NCBI GenBank assembly: GCA_944388625.1
Contig: CALXJM010000002.1
Location: 1-42,802 of the forward strand
DNA: 42,802 nucleotides
Direction: 5' to 3'
Source of the DNA: an uncultured Clostridia bacterium
Lineage (GTDB): Bacteria > Bacillota > Clostridia > TANB77 > CAG-508
Position 1 is the stretch's first letter, and every line of letters starts with the position of its first letter. Below the pieces are notes generated by a model. It had not been told where the DNA came from, ran no database searches, and saw only the letters and a program-made list of their open reading frames with translations. Both the position numbers and the translations under genes were made by a program. Of the stretch, positions 30,058 to 39,518 are shown piece by piece.

Positions 30058-30948
30058 ATGGGATTAAAAGTAACTAATGTACAAAAAAGCTTTACCGGAA
30101 AAAAAGCAGTAGATTCTATTTCATTTGAAATAAATAATCCAGGAGTTTTTGGACTATTAGGAACAAACGGTGCAGGAAAAACTACGACTATTCGAATGAT
30201 TTTAGGAATTATAAAAAAAGACGCAGGAGAGATAAAATGGAATGGTAAAGAGGTTATTAGAAAACATGTAAATTTTGGTTATTTACCAGAAGAAAGAGGT
30301 ATTTACCCAAAAACAAAAATTTATGATCAATTGATGTATTTTGCGGAATTAAAAGGAATGGATAAAGAAAAAGCAAATAATTCACTTAAATATTGGGCCA
30401 AAAGATTAGAAGTAGAAGAATATATAAATGTTCCTGCCGAAAAATTATCCAAAGGAAATCAACAAAAAATTCAATTTATAACAGCAATTATTAATGATCC
30501 AGAGCTAATTGTTTTAGACGAACCATTTAGCGGATTAGACCCTGTTAATACAGAACTTTTAAAAAGTGTTATTTTAGAATTAATTGATAAAGGAAAATAT
30601 ATTATTATGTCTAGCCATCAAATGAGTTCTATTGAAGAATTTTGCACAGATGTACTCATTTTAAATAAAGGAAAAACTGTCTTGAAAGGAAATTTAAAAG
30701 AAATAAAACAATCGTATAAGGCAAATAAAGTAGAAATAAGTTCAACAGTAAATATAGATTCTATTATTTCAAGTTTAAATTTAAGAGTAATCAGTAATAA
30801 AGATAATGATTATACAATTCAAATACAAGAAGAAATAGAAGCAACAAATTTATTAGAAAAATTAGTACAAGAAAATATAAAAATTAATAAATTTGAAATC
30901 AAAAAACCAACTCTAAACGATATTTTTATAGAAAAGGTGGGAAAATAA
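30058..30948 (+). CDS. ABC transporter ATP-binding protein (ABC-2/NatA-like)
   Basis: 296 aa. Walker A GTNGAGKTT, signature LSKGNQQK, Walker B LIVLDEPFSGLD, and a C-terminal accessory extension. Confidence 0.9.
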   Translation: MGLKVTNVQKSFTGKKAVDSISFEINNPGVFGLLGTNGAGKTTTIRMILGIIKKDAGEIKWNGKEVIRKHVNFGYLPEERGIYPKTKIYDQLMYFAELKGMDKEKANNSLKYWAKRLEVEEYINVPAEKLSKGNQQKIQFITAIINDPELIVLDEPFSGLDPVNTELLKSVILELIDKGKYIIMSSHQMSSIEEFCTDVLILNKGKTVLKGNLKEIKQSYKANKVEISSTVNIDSIISSLNLRVISNKDNDYTIQIQEEIEATNLLEKLVQENIKINKFEIKKPTLNDIFIEKVGK

Positions 30949-30949
30949 A

Positions 30950-32188
30950 ATGAAAGATTTGATGATTGTAGCTAGATATACATTTAAAGATATGGTAAAA
31001 CGAAAATCTTTTATTATATCTACTCTTATTATCTTAATTATTATTGTTATTGGTTTTAACATACCAAATATAATGGAAAAGTTAAATGGAAATAATGAAA
31101 ATACTAATGATAAAATTTTATTAGTAGATAATCAAAACATATTCGAAGGAACTCTACAAAGAATAAATGAACTACATCTCCCTTATGAATTTGAAATTAG
31201 CAATGATAATATTTCTTTTGAAGATGTGAAACAGAAAATAGAAAATGAAGAAATTAATTCTAGTATTATTATTACAAAAACAGAAAATGAAATTCACTTA
31301 GAATATATTGTAGAAAGCTTAGTAATGGTAGAAGAAGTTCCACAAGACTTAGTTTCTGCTATTAATAACATTTACAGTAGTTTGCAAATAACAAAATTAA
31401 ATTTAACTCAAGAAGAGTTAAGCAGTCTTACACCTAATTTTTCTTTTGAACTAAAACAAACAGAAGAAAAGGAAGTAAGTGGTAATGTTTTTGCAATCAT
31501 GCTACTATCACTCGTTCTATTTTATGCTATTTATTTTTGTGCATATCAAGTATCAAGTTCCATTACAACAGAGAAAACATCTAAAATTATGGAAACATTG
31601 GTAACTTCAACTAGCCCAAGAACAATTGTGCTTGGAAAAACCTTAGGAATTGGAGTTGGAGGATTATTACAAGTAGCAATTATGGTAGCAGTAGCACTCG
31701 TATCAGCTAAGACATTTTTACCAGAAGGAACTCTAGAAGCAATTATTGATGTGTCTAAAATAACACCAACACTTGCTATTATTACTACTATATATTTTTT
31801 ACTAGGTTATACAGTATACGCCTTACTTTATGCACTTACTGGTTCTACAGTAAGTAAACCCGAAGATATCAATTCTGCTAATGGGCCAATAGCTATTATT
31901 GCTGTAATCGGTTTTTATTTAGCTTATTTTACTATGATGAACCCAACTAGCAACTTAAATGTGTTTGCTTCAATATTCCCAATATCTTCTCCATTTTGCA
32001 TGCCATTTAGAGTTATGATGGGAGTTGCAACTATACAAGAAATAATTATTTCTATACTAATATTATTAATAACTATTTTACTTGTTGCAAAGATTTCTAT
32101 TAAAATTTATTCATCAGCAATTCTAAATTACGGTACAAAGCTAAATATAAAAGATATTTTAAATATATACCAAGATAAAAACAACTAA
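30950..32188 (+). CDS. ABC-2 family permease (NatB-like topology)
   Basis: 412 aa, starting 1 nt after the ATPase stop. One N-terminal TM, a ~150-aa extracytoplasmic loop, then ~5 C-terminal TM segments. Confidence 0.8.
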   Translation: MKDLMIVARYTFKDMVKRKSFIISTLIILIIIVIGFNIPNIMEKLNGNNENTNDKILLVDNQNIFEGTLQRINELHLPYEFEISNDNISFEDVKQKIENEEINSSIIITKTENEIHLEYIVESLVMVEEVPQDLVSAINNIYSSLQITKLNLTQEELSSLTPNFSFELKQTEEKEVSGNVFAIMLLSLVLFYAIYFCAYQVSSSITTEKTSKIMETLVTSTSPRTIVLGKTLGIGVGGLLQVAIMVAVALVSAKTFLPEGTLEAIIDVSKITPTLAIITTIYFLLGYTVYALLYALTGSTVSKPEDINSANGPIAIIAVIGFYLAYFTMMNPTSNLNVFASIFPISSPFCMPFRVMMGVATIQEIIISILILLITILLVAKISIKIYSSAILNYGTKLNIKDILNIYQDKNN

Positions 32189-32264
32189 TATAGTGTACTA
32201 TTAAAATTATACTAACTCTTCTTCGAATTTTATTTGCAGTTAAGAAAGGAATACATAGTAAAAA

Positions 32265-33146
32265 GTGGAAAGAATATTGAAATTTATTTTAGGAATTATG
32301 ATTATAGCTATTGTAGCTATAATCATAATAATTTATTATTTTTTAATTGTAGATATAAAATCAAATCCTCCTCAAGAAATACAAGAAGAATATAATATAA
32401 AGACTGAAACATATCAAAACAGGAGTGTTTTTTATTTAACACAAAAGCAAGGAGCTACAAATCCTTATACCATTTTTTATTTACATGGAGGGTCCTATGT
32501 TTCAGAAGCTTCTGTAGGGCATTGGGAATTTCTAAAAAGTATAGCAAAAGATACGGGTGTGACTATTGTTATACCAGATTATCCATTAGCACCAAAATAC
32601 AATTATAAAGATGTATTTCAAATGTTAGAACCACTATATAAAGATATAATAGAAAAAGTGGGAAAAGACAAACTAATTGTTATGGGAGATTCTGCAGGTG
32701 GAGGACTTGCATTAGCTTTATTAGAAAGAGCAGGAGAACTTGAAATGTCAATGCCTAAAAGAACAATTCTTATTTCGCCTTGGCTGGATGTGCGCTTGAA
32801 TAATCCACAGATAGATGAAGTACAAAAAAGAGATTCTCATTTAATTAAGCAAACTTTAATAGCTGCGGGGATTGCCTATGCTGGATTAGATGGAATTGAT
32901 AGTTATTTAGTAAACCCAATTGATGGTCCGCTAGATAAATTAGAGAATGTTACTATATATACAGGAACAGATGATATTTTAAATCCAGATGTGCATGTTT
33001 TAGTAGAAAGAGCAAAACTACAAGGAATAGAAATTGATTTAAGAGAAACAAAAGGTGCTTATCACAATTGGATTATTGAAAAGCATACAATAAAAGAAAA
33101 AGCATATAGAGATTTAATTACATTATTACAAAAAGAATGTATTTAA
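32265..33146 (+). CDS. Membrane-anchored alpha/beta hydrolase (HSL/Aes-type esterase)
   Basis: 293 aa with a GTG start. N-terminal TM anchor, oxyanion-hole HGGSY, nucleophile elbow GDSAGG, and C-terminal D and H candidates (GTDD, YHNW). Confidence 0.8.
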   Translation: MERILKFILGIMIIAIVAIIIIIYYFLIVDIKSNPPQEIQEEYNIKTETYQNRSVFYLTQKQGATNPYTIFYLHGGSYVSEASVGHWEFLKSIAKDTGVTIVIPDYPLAPKYNYKDVFQMLEPLYKDIIEKVGKDKLIVMGDSAGGGLALALLERAGELEMSMPKRTILISPWLDVRLNNPQIDEVQKRDSHLIKQTLIAAGIAYAGLDGIDSYLVNPIDGPLDKLENVTIYTGTDDILNPDVHVLVERAKLQGIEIDLRETKGAYHNWIIEKHTIKEKAYRDLITLLQKECI

Positions 33147-34447
33147 GAAAGGAGGAAAGCCAAATAAATAATACAAGAAAAAAGTTAGATTGGAGAAAAT
33201 TGGATAATTCAGCCAAAATTTTTCCCATTGCATCAAGTAAAAAATTTAGTACAGTATTTAGAATTTCGGCTGTACTTTCAGAAAAAGTAGACGAAATTGT
33301 TTTGCAAAAAGCAGTTGAAAAAGCTTTGGAAGTATTTAAATCTTTTAAAGTACGTGTTAAAAGTGGATTTTTTTGGTATTATTTAGAAGAAAACACAAAA
33401 AATGTAAGAATAGAAAAAGAAAATTATTATCCATGCAAATATATTGATCCTAATATTAATGCAGGATATCTTTTTAAAGTAACATATTTTGAAAATAAAA
33501 TTAACTTAGATGTTTTTCATGCTTTAACTGATGGAAACAGTGCAATGCATTTTCTAAAAGAAATTGTTTATTCTTATATCGAACTAAAACATCCAAAAGA
33601 ATTTTATAATACAAATAGAAAAGAAAGAAAAGTAATTTATAATACAGAAGATAGCTACATAAAAAACTATAATAAAAAAACAAAAGGAAATGCAAGTAAG
33701 CAAAAAGCATATATTTTACGAGGAAGAAAGTTACCTTTAGGAGCTATTTCGGTAACACATGAAATAATAGATTTGAATATGCTAAAACAAATTTGTAAAG
33801 AGAGAAATTGTACAGTGACACAATTTCTAACAGCAATTTTAGCTTATTCCATTTACGAAGAAAATTATAAAAAATATAATGGGAGAAAGATTATAAAAAT
33901 CTGTATACCAGTGAACTTAAAAAAGTATTTTGATTCTATTACGATTAGTAATTTTTTTTCTTATATAACAGCTAAAATTCATATCCAAGAAAAAATGAGC
34001 TTTGATTATATTTTAAAAGAAGTGCAAAAGGAATTTAAAGAACAATTAACACCAGAAGAAATTATGAAAACAATGTCTGCTAATGTCAAATTAGGAAATA
34101 ACTTATTTGTAAAAATCATACCTCTTTTTCTAAAAAAAATATTTGTAAAATTAAGTTATATAGAAATAAGAAAATATACAACATCTACATTTTCAAATTT
34201 AGGTAGAATTGGAATAATTGGAGATTATAAAAAATATATAGAAGAAATTTTTATATTAATTGCTCCAGAAAGTGTAGAAAAAATAAAATGTTCTTCATGT
34301 TCATATGAAAATAAAATGGTATTTACATTTACATCTATCTTAGAAGATAAATCAATAGAAAAGCGATTTTATGAATTATTACAAAAAGAAGGCATAAATG
34401 TAAAAATAGAAAGTAATGGTGTTTGTGATGTTATATCCGAAAATTAA
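33137..34447 (+). CDS. Condensation-domain-like HxxxD acyltransferase (alcohol acetyltransferase / WS-DGAT-like)
   Basis: 436 aa. Active-site-like FHALTDGNSA (HxxxDG) near residue 128 and the N-terminal WRKLDNSAKIFP motif. Overlaps the hydrolase gene by 10 nt. The start is uncertain because a strong SD (33148-33155) lies just inside the called ORF. Confidence 0.7.
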   Translation: MYLRKEESQINNTRKKLDWRKLDNSAKIFPIASSKKFSTVFRISAVLSEKVDEIVLQKAVEKALEVFKSFKVRVKSGFFWYYLEENTKNVRIEKENYYPCKYIDPNINAGYLFKVTYFENKINLDVFHALTDGNSAMHFLKEIVYSYIELKHPKEFYNTNRKERKVIYNTEDSYIKNYNKKTKGNASKQKAYILRGRKLPLGAISVTHEIIDLNMLKQICKERNCTVTQFLTAILAYSIYEENYKKYNGRKIIKICIPVNLKKYFDSITISNFFSYITAKIHIQEKMSFDYILKEVQKEFKEQLTPEEIMKTMSANVKLGNNLFVKIIPLFLKKIFVKLSYIEIRKYTTSTFSNLGRIGIIGDYKKYIEEIFILIAPESVEKIKCSSCSYENKMVFTFTSILEDKSIEKRFYELLQKEGINVKIESNGVCDVISEN

Positions 34448-34991
34448 TAATGTAGAGAAAAATCATTTTACAATTCGATTACTACTAGGAATTTCTATTG
34501 CTATTTCGATTATACTTATAACTATTAATTTATTAACTACACATAATGTTCGATGGGCAATGCTTGCAATATGTGGAATTGTATATATATGGACAATCAC
34601 TTTATATTCTATCTATCATAATATTAATATTGCATCTCATGTAATTTTACAAACGATAGCAACAGCTATTCTTACAATATTGATAGATACTATTATAGGA
34701 TTTAGAGGTTGGTCTTTTACAATTGCTATGCCAATTATTATTATCACAGCTAATGTAACTATGTTTATACTAACTTTAGTTAGCAGAAAAAAGTACTATA
34801 AATATGCAATTTATCAAATTATATTATTTATTTTAAGTATGGTACCAATGATTCTGATTTTTTGTAATGCCATTGACAAAATAGGGCTTAGCTTAATATC
34901 TACAATATGTTCTTTAGCAAATGCCGTTATTGTTATATTTTTATGTGGAAACGACATTGAAGAAGAGCTTAAAAGAAGGTTTCATATTTAA
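34416..34991 (+). CDS. Small polytopic membrane protein (resembles proteins annotated DUF6320; recollection only)
   Basis: 191 aa with ~5 hydrophobic segments. Overlaps the acyltransferase gene by 32 nt. Alternative in-frame starts lie at 34419, 34425 and 34428. Confidence 0.6.
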   Translation: MVFVMLYPKINNVEKNHFTIRLLLGISIAISIILITINLLTTHNVRWAMLAICGIVYIWTITLYSIYHNINIASHVILQTIATAILTILIDTIIGFRGWSFTIAMPIIIITANVTMFILTLVSRKKYYKYAIYQIILFILSMVPMILIFCNAIDKIGLSLISTICSLANAVIVIFLCGNDIEEELKRRFHI

Positions 34992-35011
34992 ATTTATATA
35001 CAGCAAAAGGA

Positions 35012-35040
35012 TTGACAAAAATAAAGTTTTAATAGATAAT
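35012..35040 (+). promoter_or_regulatory. glgP promoter
   Basis: TTGACA (35012-35017), 17-nt spacer, GATAAT (35035-35040). SD AAGGAGG lies before the ATG at 35079. Confidence 0.5.
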
Positions 35041-35078
35041 AAAATAAAATTGTTATATACTAAGGAGGAATTAAAATA

Positions 35079-37646
35079 ATGTACGTTTTTAATAAAATTA
35101 CTGTTAAGCCGCAACTGCCAGAAAGAATTGATAGATTAAACGAAATTGCAAACAATTTATGGTGGTCTTGGAATACTGAATTTTTAAAATTATTTAAAAA
35201 GATAGACTGTGAGCTATGGGGGAAGAGCAATAAAAACCCTGTAAAATTCTTAAGAAAAGTAGAACAAAATAAATTAGAAAAAGCAGCAAGTTCTTTAGAA
35301 TTTCTAAGAGAATATGATAAAATTGTAAAAAATTTTGATGACTATATGGAAAGCAAAGATACATGGTTTTCTAGAACATATCCCAAAAATAAAGAAGACT
35401 TAATTGCCTATTTTTCAGCAGAATATGGATTAGACGAAATATTGCCTATTTATTCTGGAGGGCTTGGAATTTTATCTGGAGATCATTTAAAATCTGCTAG
35501 TGACTTGGGTTTACCATTTGTTGCAGTAGGATTATTATACAAAAATGGATATTTTCATCAAAAAATAGATGAAAATGGAAATCAACAAAATATTTATAAA
35601 GATATTGATTTAGAGAATTTGCCAATCACACCAGTAAAAGATAATACTGGGAATGATTTGAAAATTTATGTACGTTTTCCAAGAAAAAAAATTTACTTAA
35701 AAGTATGGGAAATAAAAGTAGGAAGAGTTACACTTTATTTGCTAGACTCAGACATTGATGAAAATACTGATGATTATAGAAATGTTACTTTGCGACTATA
35801 TGGCGGAGATAGAGAAATGAGAATTCAACAAGAAATAGTATTAGGAATGGCAGGAGCTCATTTATTGAATGTACTAGGTTTAAAACCAACCATTTACCAT
35901 ATGAACGAAGGACATTCAGCTTTTGTAACAGTAGAATTAATTAAAGACGTTATTGCAGAAAAAGGAGTTTCATTTGAAGTAGCTCGTGATATAGTAACAG
36001 CAAAAACTGTATTTACAACTCATACGCCAGTTCCTGCAGGAAATGATATTTTTGATATTTCATTAGTTGAAAAATATTTCAAAAACTTCTGGGGAAGAAT
36101 GAATTTAAATAGAGAGAATTTTTTAAAACTAGGAATGAAAAATAATATAACAGAATTAGAACCTGGTTTTAATATGGGAATTCTGGCATTAAAAATCGCA
36201 GGAAAGAAAAACGGTGTAAGTAAACTACATGGAGCTGTTTCTAGAGAGTTATTTTCTGATGTGTGGAATAATATAGCATCAAACGAATCACCAATTACAC
36301 ATGTAACCAATGGTGTACATACATGTTCATGGCTTGCTCCAAACTTAAAAGAATTGTATAACAAATATTTAATTCCATATTGGCAAGACAATATACATGA
36401 AAAACAAGTTTGGAAAAAAATTAATAATATACCAAATGAAAAATTATGGGCAGAGCATAAAGCAAGAAAAGAAAAACTAATCGCACTAGTAAAGGAAAAT
36501 GTATCAAATAGATTAAAAAATAGTGGAAAAAGTTATGATGAGTTAAGAGAAATAACAGAACATTTAAATCCAGATGCATTAACTATAGGATTTGCAAGAA
36601 GATTTGCAACTTATAAAAGAGCTACATTAATTTTTAGAGATTTAGAAAGAATTACAAAAATATTAAATGATGAAAAAAGACCAGTTCAACTAATATTTGC
36701 TGGTAAAGCACATCCAGCAGATAAAGAAGGTCAAGATTTAATTAGACGTATTCATGAGATTTCTATGATGCCACAATTTAAAGGAAAAGTGTTTATAGTA
36801 GAAGACTATAATATAGGAATTGCTAGATATTTAATAAGTGGTGTTGATGTATGGCTAAATAATCCAAGAAGGCCAATGGAGGCTTCTGGAACAAGTGGAC
36901 AAAAAGCATCAATAAATGGAGTTGTAAACTTTAGCATTTTAGATGGATGGTGGGCAGAAGGATATAATGGAAAAAACGGCTGGGCAATTGGAACTAATGC
37001 GGAATATGATTGCTATGATGCACAAGACAATGATGATAGTAAGAGTATTTATAATCTACTAGAAAATGAAATTATACCAGCTTATTACAATAAAGATAAA
37101 AATGGAATTTCAGAACAATGGATGGAATTCATGAAAAATTCTATTACATCTACTGGACCAGAATTTAGTACAGCAAGAATGGTGGTAGAATATACAAATG
37201 AATTATATATGCCATTAATTGAACTTTCAAAAGAGTATTATCAAGACATAGAAAATGTAATTAATTATAACGCTTGGAAAGAAAATTTATACGAAAATTG
37301 GGAAAAGATTGTTATTACACAACCAAACAACATAGAAAATGTAACAATGGAAGCTGGAAAAACAATTGATGTTGCTTGTAATGTAACACTAGATGGACTT
37401 GGAGTAGAAGATATTATAGCTGAAGTTTATTATGGAAAAATTTTGGAAAATGGAACTATAGAAAATATTAGCATCATAGAAATGAATTTAAGAGAAATTA
37501 ATGAAAGTAAAAGAACATATGGATATACAGCTAGTATTAAATTAGAAAATGGTGGAGATTATGGTTATACTTTCCGTGTAGTGCCATCTCATAAAATGCT
37601 ATTAGATTCAGCAAACTTAAATTTAGTAAAATGGTTTACTAAATAA
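35079..37646 (+). CDS. glgP: Alpha-glucan phosphorylase (GT35, GlgP family with DUF3417-type N-terminus)
   Basis: 855 aa. Motifs NNLWWSWN, GGLGILSGDHLKSASDLGLP, and the PLP-region EASGTSGQKA. Confidence 0.9.
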   Translation: MYVFNKITVKPQLPERIDRLNEIANNLWWSWNTEFLKLFKKIDCELWGKSNKNPVKFLRKVEQNKLEKAASSLEFLREYDKIVKNFDDYMESKDTWFSRTYPKNKEDLIAYFSAEYGLDEILPIYSGGLGILSGDHLKSASDLGLPFVAVGLLYKNGYFHQKIDENGNQQNIYKDIDLENLPITPVKDNTGNDLKIYVRFPRKKIYLKVWEIKVGRVTLYLLDSDIDENTDDYRNVTLRLYGGDREMRIQQEIVLGMAGAHLLNVLGLKPTIYHMNEGHSAFVTVELIKDVIAEKGVSFEVARDIVTAKTVFTTHTPVPAGNDIFDISLVEKYFKNFWGRMNLNRENFLKLGMKNNITELEPGFNMGILALKIAGKKNGVSKLHGAVSRELFSDVWNNIASNESPITHVTNGVHTCSWLAPNLKELYNKYLIPYWQDNIHEKQVWKKINNIPNEKLWAEHKARKEKLIALVKENVSNRLKNSGKSYDELREITEHLNPDALTIGFARRFATYKRATLIFRDLERITKILNDEKRPVQLIFAGKAHPADKEGQDLIRRIHEISMMPQFKGKVFIVEDYNIGIARYLISGVDVWLNNPRRPMEASGTSGQKASINGVVNFSILDGWWAEGYNGKNGWAIGTNAEYDCYDAQDNDDSKSIYNLLENEIIPAYYNKDKNGISEQWMEFMKNSITSTGPEFSTARMVVEYTNELYMPLIELSKEYYQDIENVINYNAWKENLYENWEKIVITQPNNIENVTMEAGKTIDVACNVTLDGLGVEDIIAEVYYGKILENGTIENISIIEMNLREINESKRTYGYTASIKLENGGDYGYTFRVVPSHKMLLDSANLNLVKWFTK

Positions 37647-37663
37647 TTATTATATGATAATCA

Positions 37664-37719
37664 AAAGCCTTATGCAAGAACAAATATTATTCAAATTCTT
37701 GCATAAGGCTTTAATTTTG
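37664..37719 (+). terminator. Intrinsic terminator after glgP
   Basis: Perfect 17-bp stem: AAAGCCTTATGCAAGAA (37664-37680) pairs with TTCTTGCATAAGGCTTT (37696-37712), with a 15-nt loop. TTTAATTTT follows. Confidence 0.8.
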
Positions 37720-37727
37720 TGTATAAT
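37699..37727 (+). promoter_or_regulatory. argS promoter embedded in the glgP terminator
   Basis: TTGCAT (37699-37704, inside the descending terminator arm), 17-nt spacer, TATAAT (37722-37727). Confidence 0.55.
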
Positions 37728-37761
37728 AGAAATATTAAAAAAGAAGGGAATAGAAAAGAAA

Positions 37762-39468
37762 ATGATAAATTTAAAAGAGGAAATTGCAAAAAAAATATCA
37801 GAAATAATAGAAATGAATGCCAAAGACTTAGAAGAATATATTGAAATACCAAAAGACTCAGAAATGGGAGATTATGCTTTTCCGTGTTTTAGACTTGCAA
37901 AAGAATTAAAAAAAGCACCTCCGCTTATTGCTAATGAAATAAAAGAAAAAATACAATTAGATGAAAATATAGAAAAAATTGAAACAGTAGGAGGATATTT
38001 GAATTTTTATATTAATCCTTTGGTCTTAATTAAAAATGTTTTAGCCGAAATAGACGAAAAAAAACAAGACTATGGAAAAGTAGATATAGGAAAAGGAAGA
38101 AATGTTATTATTGATTATTCTTCTCCTAATATCGCAAAACCATTTCATATAGGGCACTTGCGCTCTACTGTTATAGGAGGAGCTTTATATAAAATCTATA
38201 ATTTTTTAGGCTATAACAGTGTAGGAATTAATTTTTTAGGAGATTGGGGAATTCAATTTGGAAAAGTTATGGCAGGATACTCAATGTGGAAAGATGAATA
38301 TGACTTTTCTGAAAGTGAGATTAATGCCATATTAAAAATTTATGTACGATATAACAAAGAAGAAAAGGAAAATCCAGAGCTTACAGATAAAGCTAGAGCC
38401 TATTTTAAAAAACTAGAAGATGGAGACGAAGAAGCAAGAAAAACTTGGGAATGGCTAAGAAAAATAAGCTTAGAAAATTATGAAAAAACATATAAACTAT
38501 TAAATTCTAAATTTGATTCTTATAATGGAGAAGCTTATTATAATGATAAAATGGAATCTGTTGTAAATGAATTAGAAGAAAAGGGATTGCTAAAAATTTC
38601 AGAAGGAGCAAAAGTAGTTGACTTAGAAGCTTATGATATGCCACCATGTATTATTATTACTTCAGCAGGAACGACTATTTATGCAACAAGAGATTTAGCA
38701 GCTTTAAAAGATAGAATTCAAACATATGATTTTGCTAAAGCTCTATATGTAGTTGGAAATGAACAGCAACTACATTTTAAACAAGTTTTTAAAGTGCTTA
38801 GTCTAATGGGATATGAAGAATATGCTAAAAATTGTATACACATACCTTTTGGTCTTGTAGTAGATAAAAATGGAGAAAGAATAGGTTCTAGAAAAGGAAA
38901 TTCGGTACTATTAGAAGATATTTTAAAAGAATCAATTCAAAAGGTAAAAACAATTATTGAAGATAAAAATCCAAATATTGAAGATAAAGAAGAAGTAGCA
39001 AGAAAAGTAGGAGTTGGAGCTATTATATTTAATGATTTATCTAATAGCCGTATTAAAGACGAAATATTTGATTGGGATATGCTATTAAACTTTAATGGAG
39101 AAACAGGACCATATATGCAGTACATTTATGTACGAACTAAAAGTGTATTAAAAAAGGCAGGATATGTTCCAGAATTTAAAAATTTGATTTTAGAAAAATT
39201 ATTAGATAAGCCTAGCATAAATACTATAAAACTTCTATATCAATTTAGCAATACTGTTATATTAGCAGGAGAAAAAAACGAACCATCAATTCTTGCTAGA
39301 TATTTAATTGATCTAGCACAAAGCTATAGCAATTTCTATAATGAATGCAAAATTATTATTGAAGATAAAGAATTGCAAGATGCAAGATTATATCTAACTT
39401 ATGCTGTTGGAAATGTATTAAAAACAGGAGCTGAATTGCTAGGAATGGAAATGCCAAATGAAATGTAA
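37762..39468 (+). CDS. argS: Arginine--tRNA ligase
   Basis: Class I HIGH-type motif PFHIGHLRS and ArgRS N-terminal and anticodon-binding regions. The ORF-track start at 37654 would translate through the terminator and promoter, so the internal ATG at 37762 (MINLKEEIAKK) was chosen. Confidence 0.92.
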   Translation: MINLKEEIAKKISEIIEMNAKDLEEYIEIPKDSEMGDYAFPCFRLAKELKKAPPLIANEIKEKIQLDENIEKIETVGGYLNFYINPLVLIKNVLAEIDEKKQDYGKVDIGKGRNVIIDYSSPNIAKPFHIGHLRSTVIGGALYKIYNFLGYNSVGINFLGDWGIQFGKVMAGYSMWKDEYDFSESEINAILKIYVRYNKEEKENPELTDKARAYFKKLEDGDEEARKTWEWLRKISLENYEKTYKLLNSKFDSYNGEAYYNDKMESVVNELEEKGLLKISEGAKVVDLEAYDMPPCIIITSAGTTIYATRDLAALKDRIQTYDFAKALYVVGNEQQLHFKQVFKVLSLMGYEEYAKNCIHIPFGLVVDKNGERIGSRKGNSVLLEDILKESIQKVKTIIEDKNPNIEDKEEVARKVGVGAIIFNDLSNSRIKDEIFDWDMLLNFNGETGPYMQYIYVRTKSVLKKAGYVPEFKNLILEKLLDKPSINTIKLLYQFSNTVILAGEKNEPSILARYLIDLAQSYSNFYNECKIIIEDKELQDARLYLTYAVGNVLKTGAELLGMEMPNEM

Positions 39469-39518
39469 ATTTTATTTTAATATAGTAATTTTTTAATAAC
39501 ATAGAGGTAGGAAAAATT

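Noticed and set aside
37654-37761. ORF-track N-terminal extension of argS (MIIKSLMQEQILFKFLHKALILC...).
   Set aside because: It would be translated from the glgP terminator hairpin and the argS promoter. The extension is not ArgRS-like. The internal ATG at 37762 gives a typical ArgRS N-terminus.
37647-37761. T-box riboswitch upstream of argS.
   Set aside because: The interval is only ~115 nt and is fully accounted for by a terminator hairpin and a promoter. No specifier-loop or T-box consensus-like sequence was seen.
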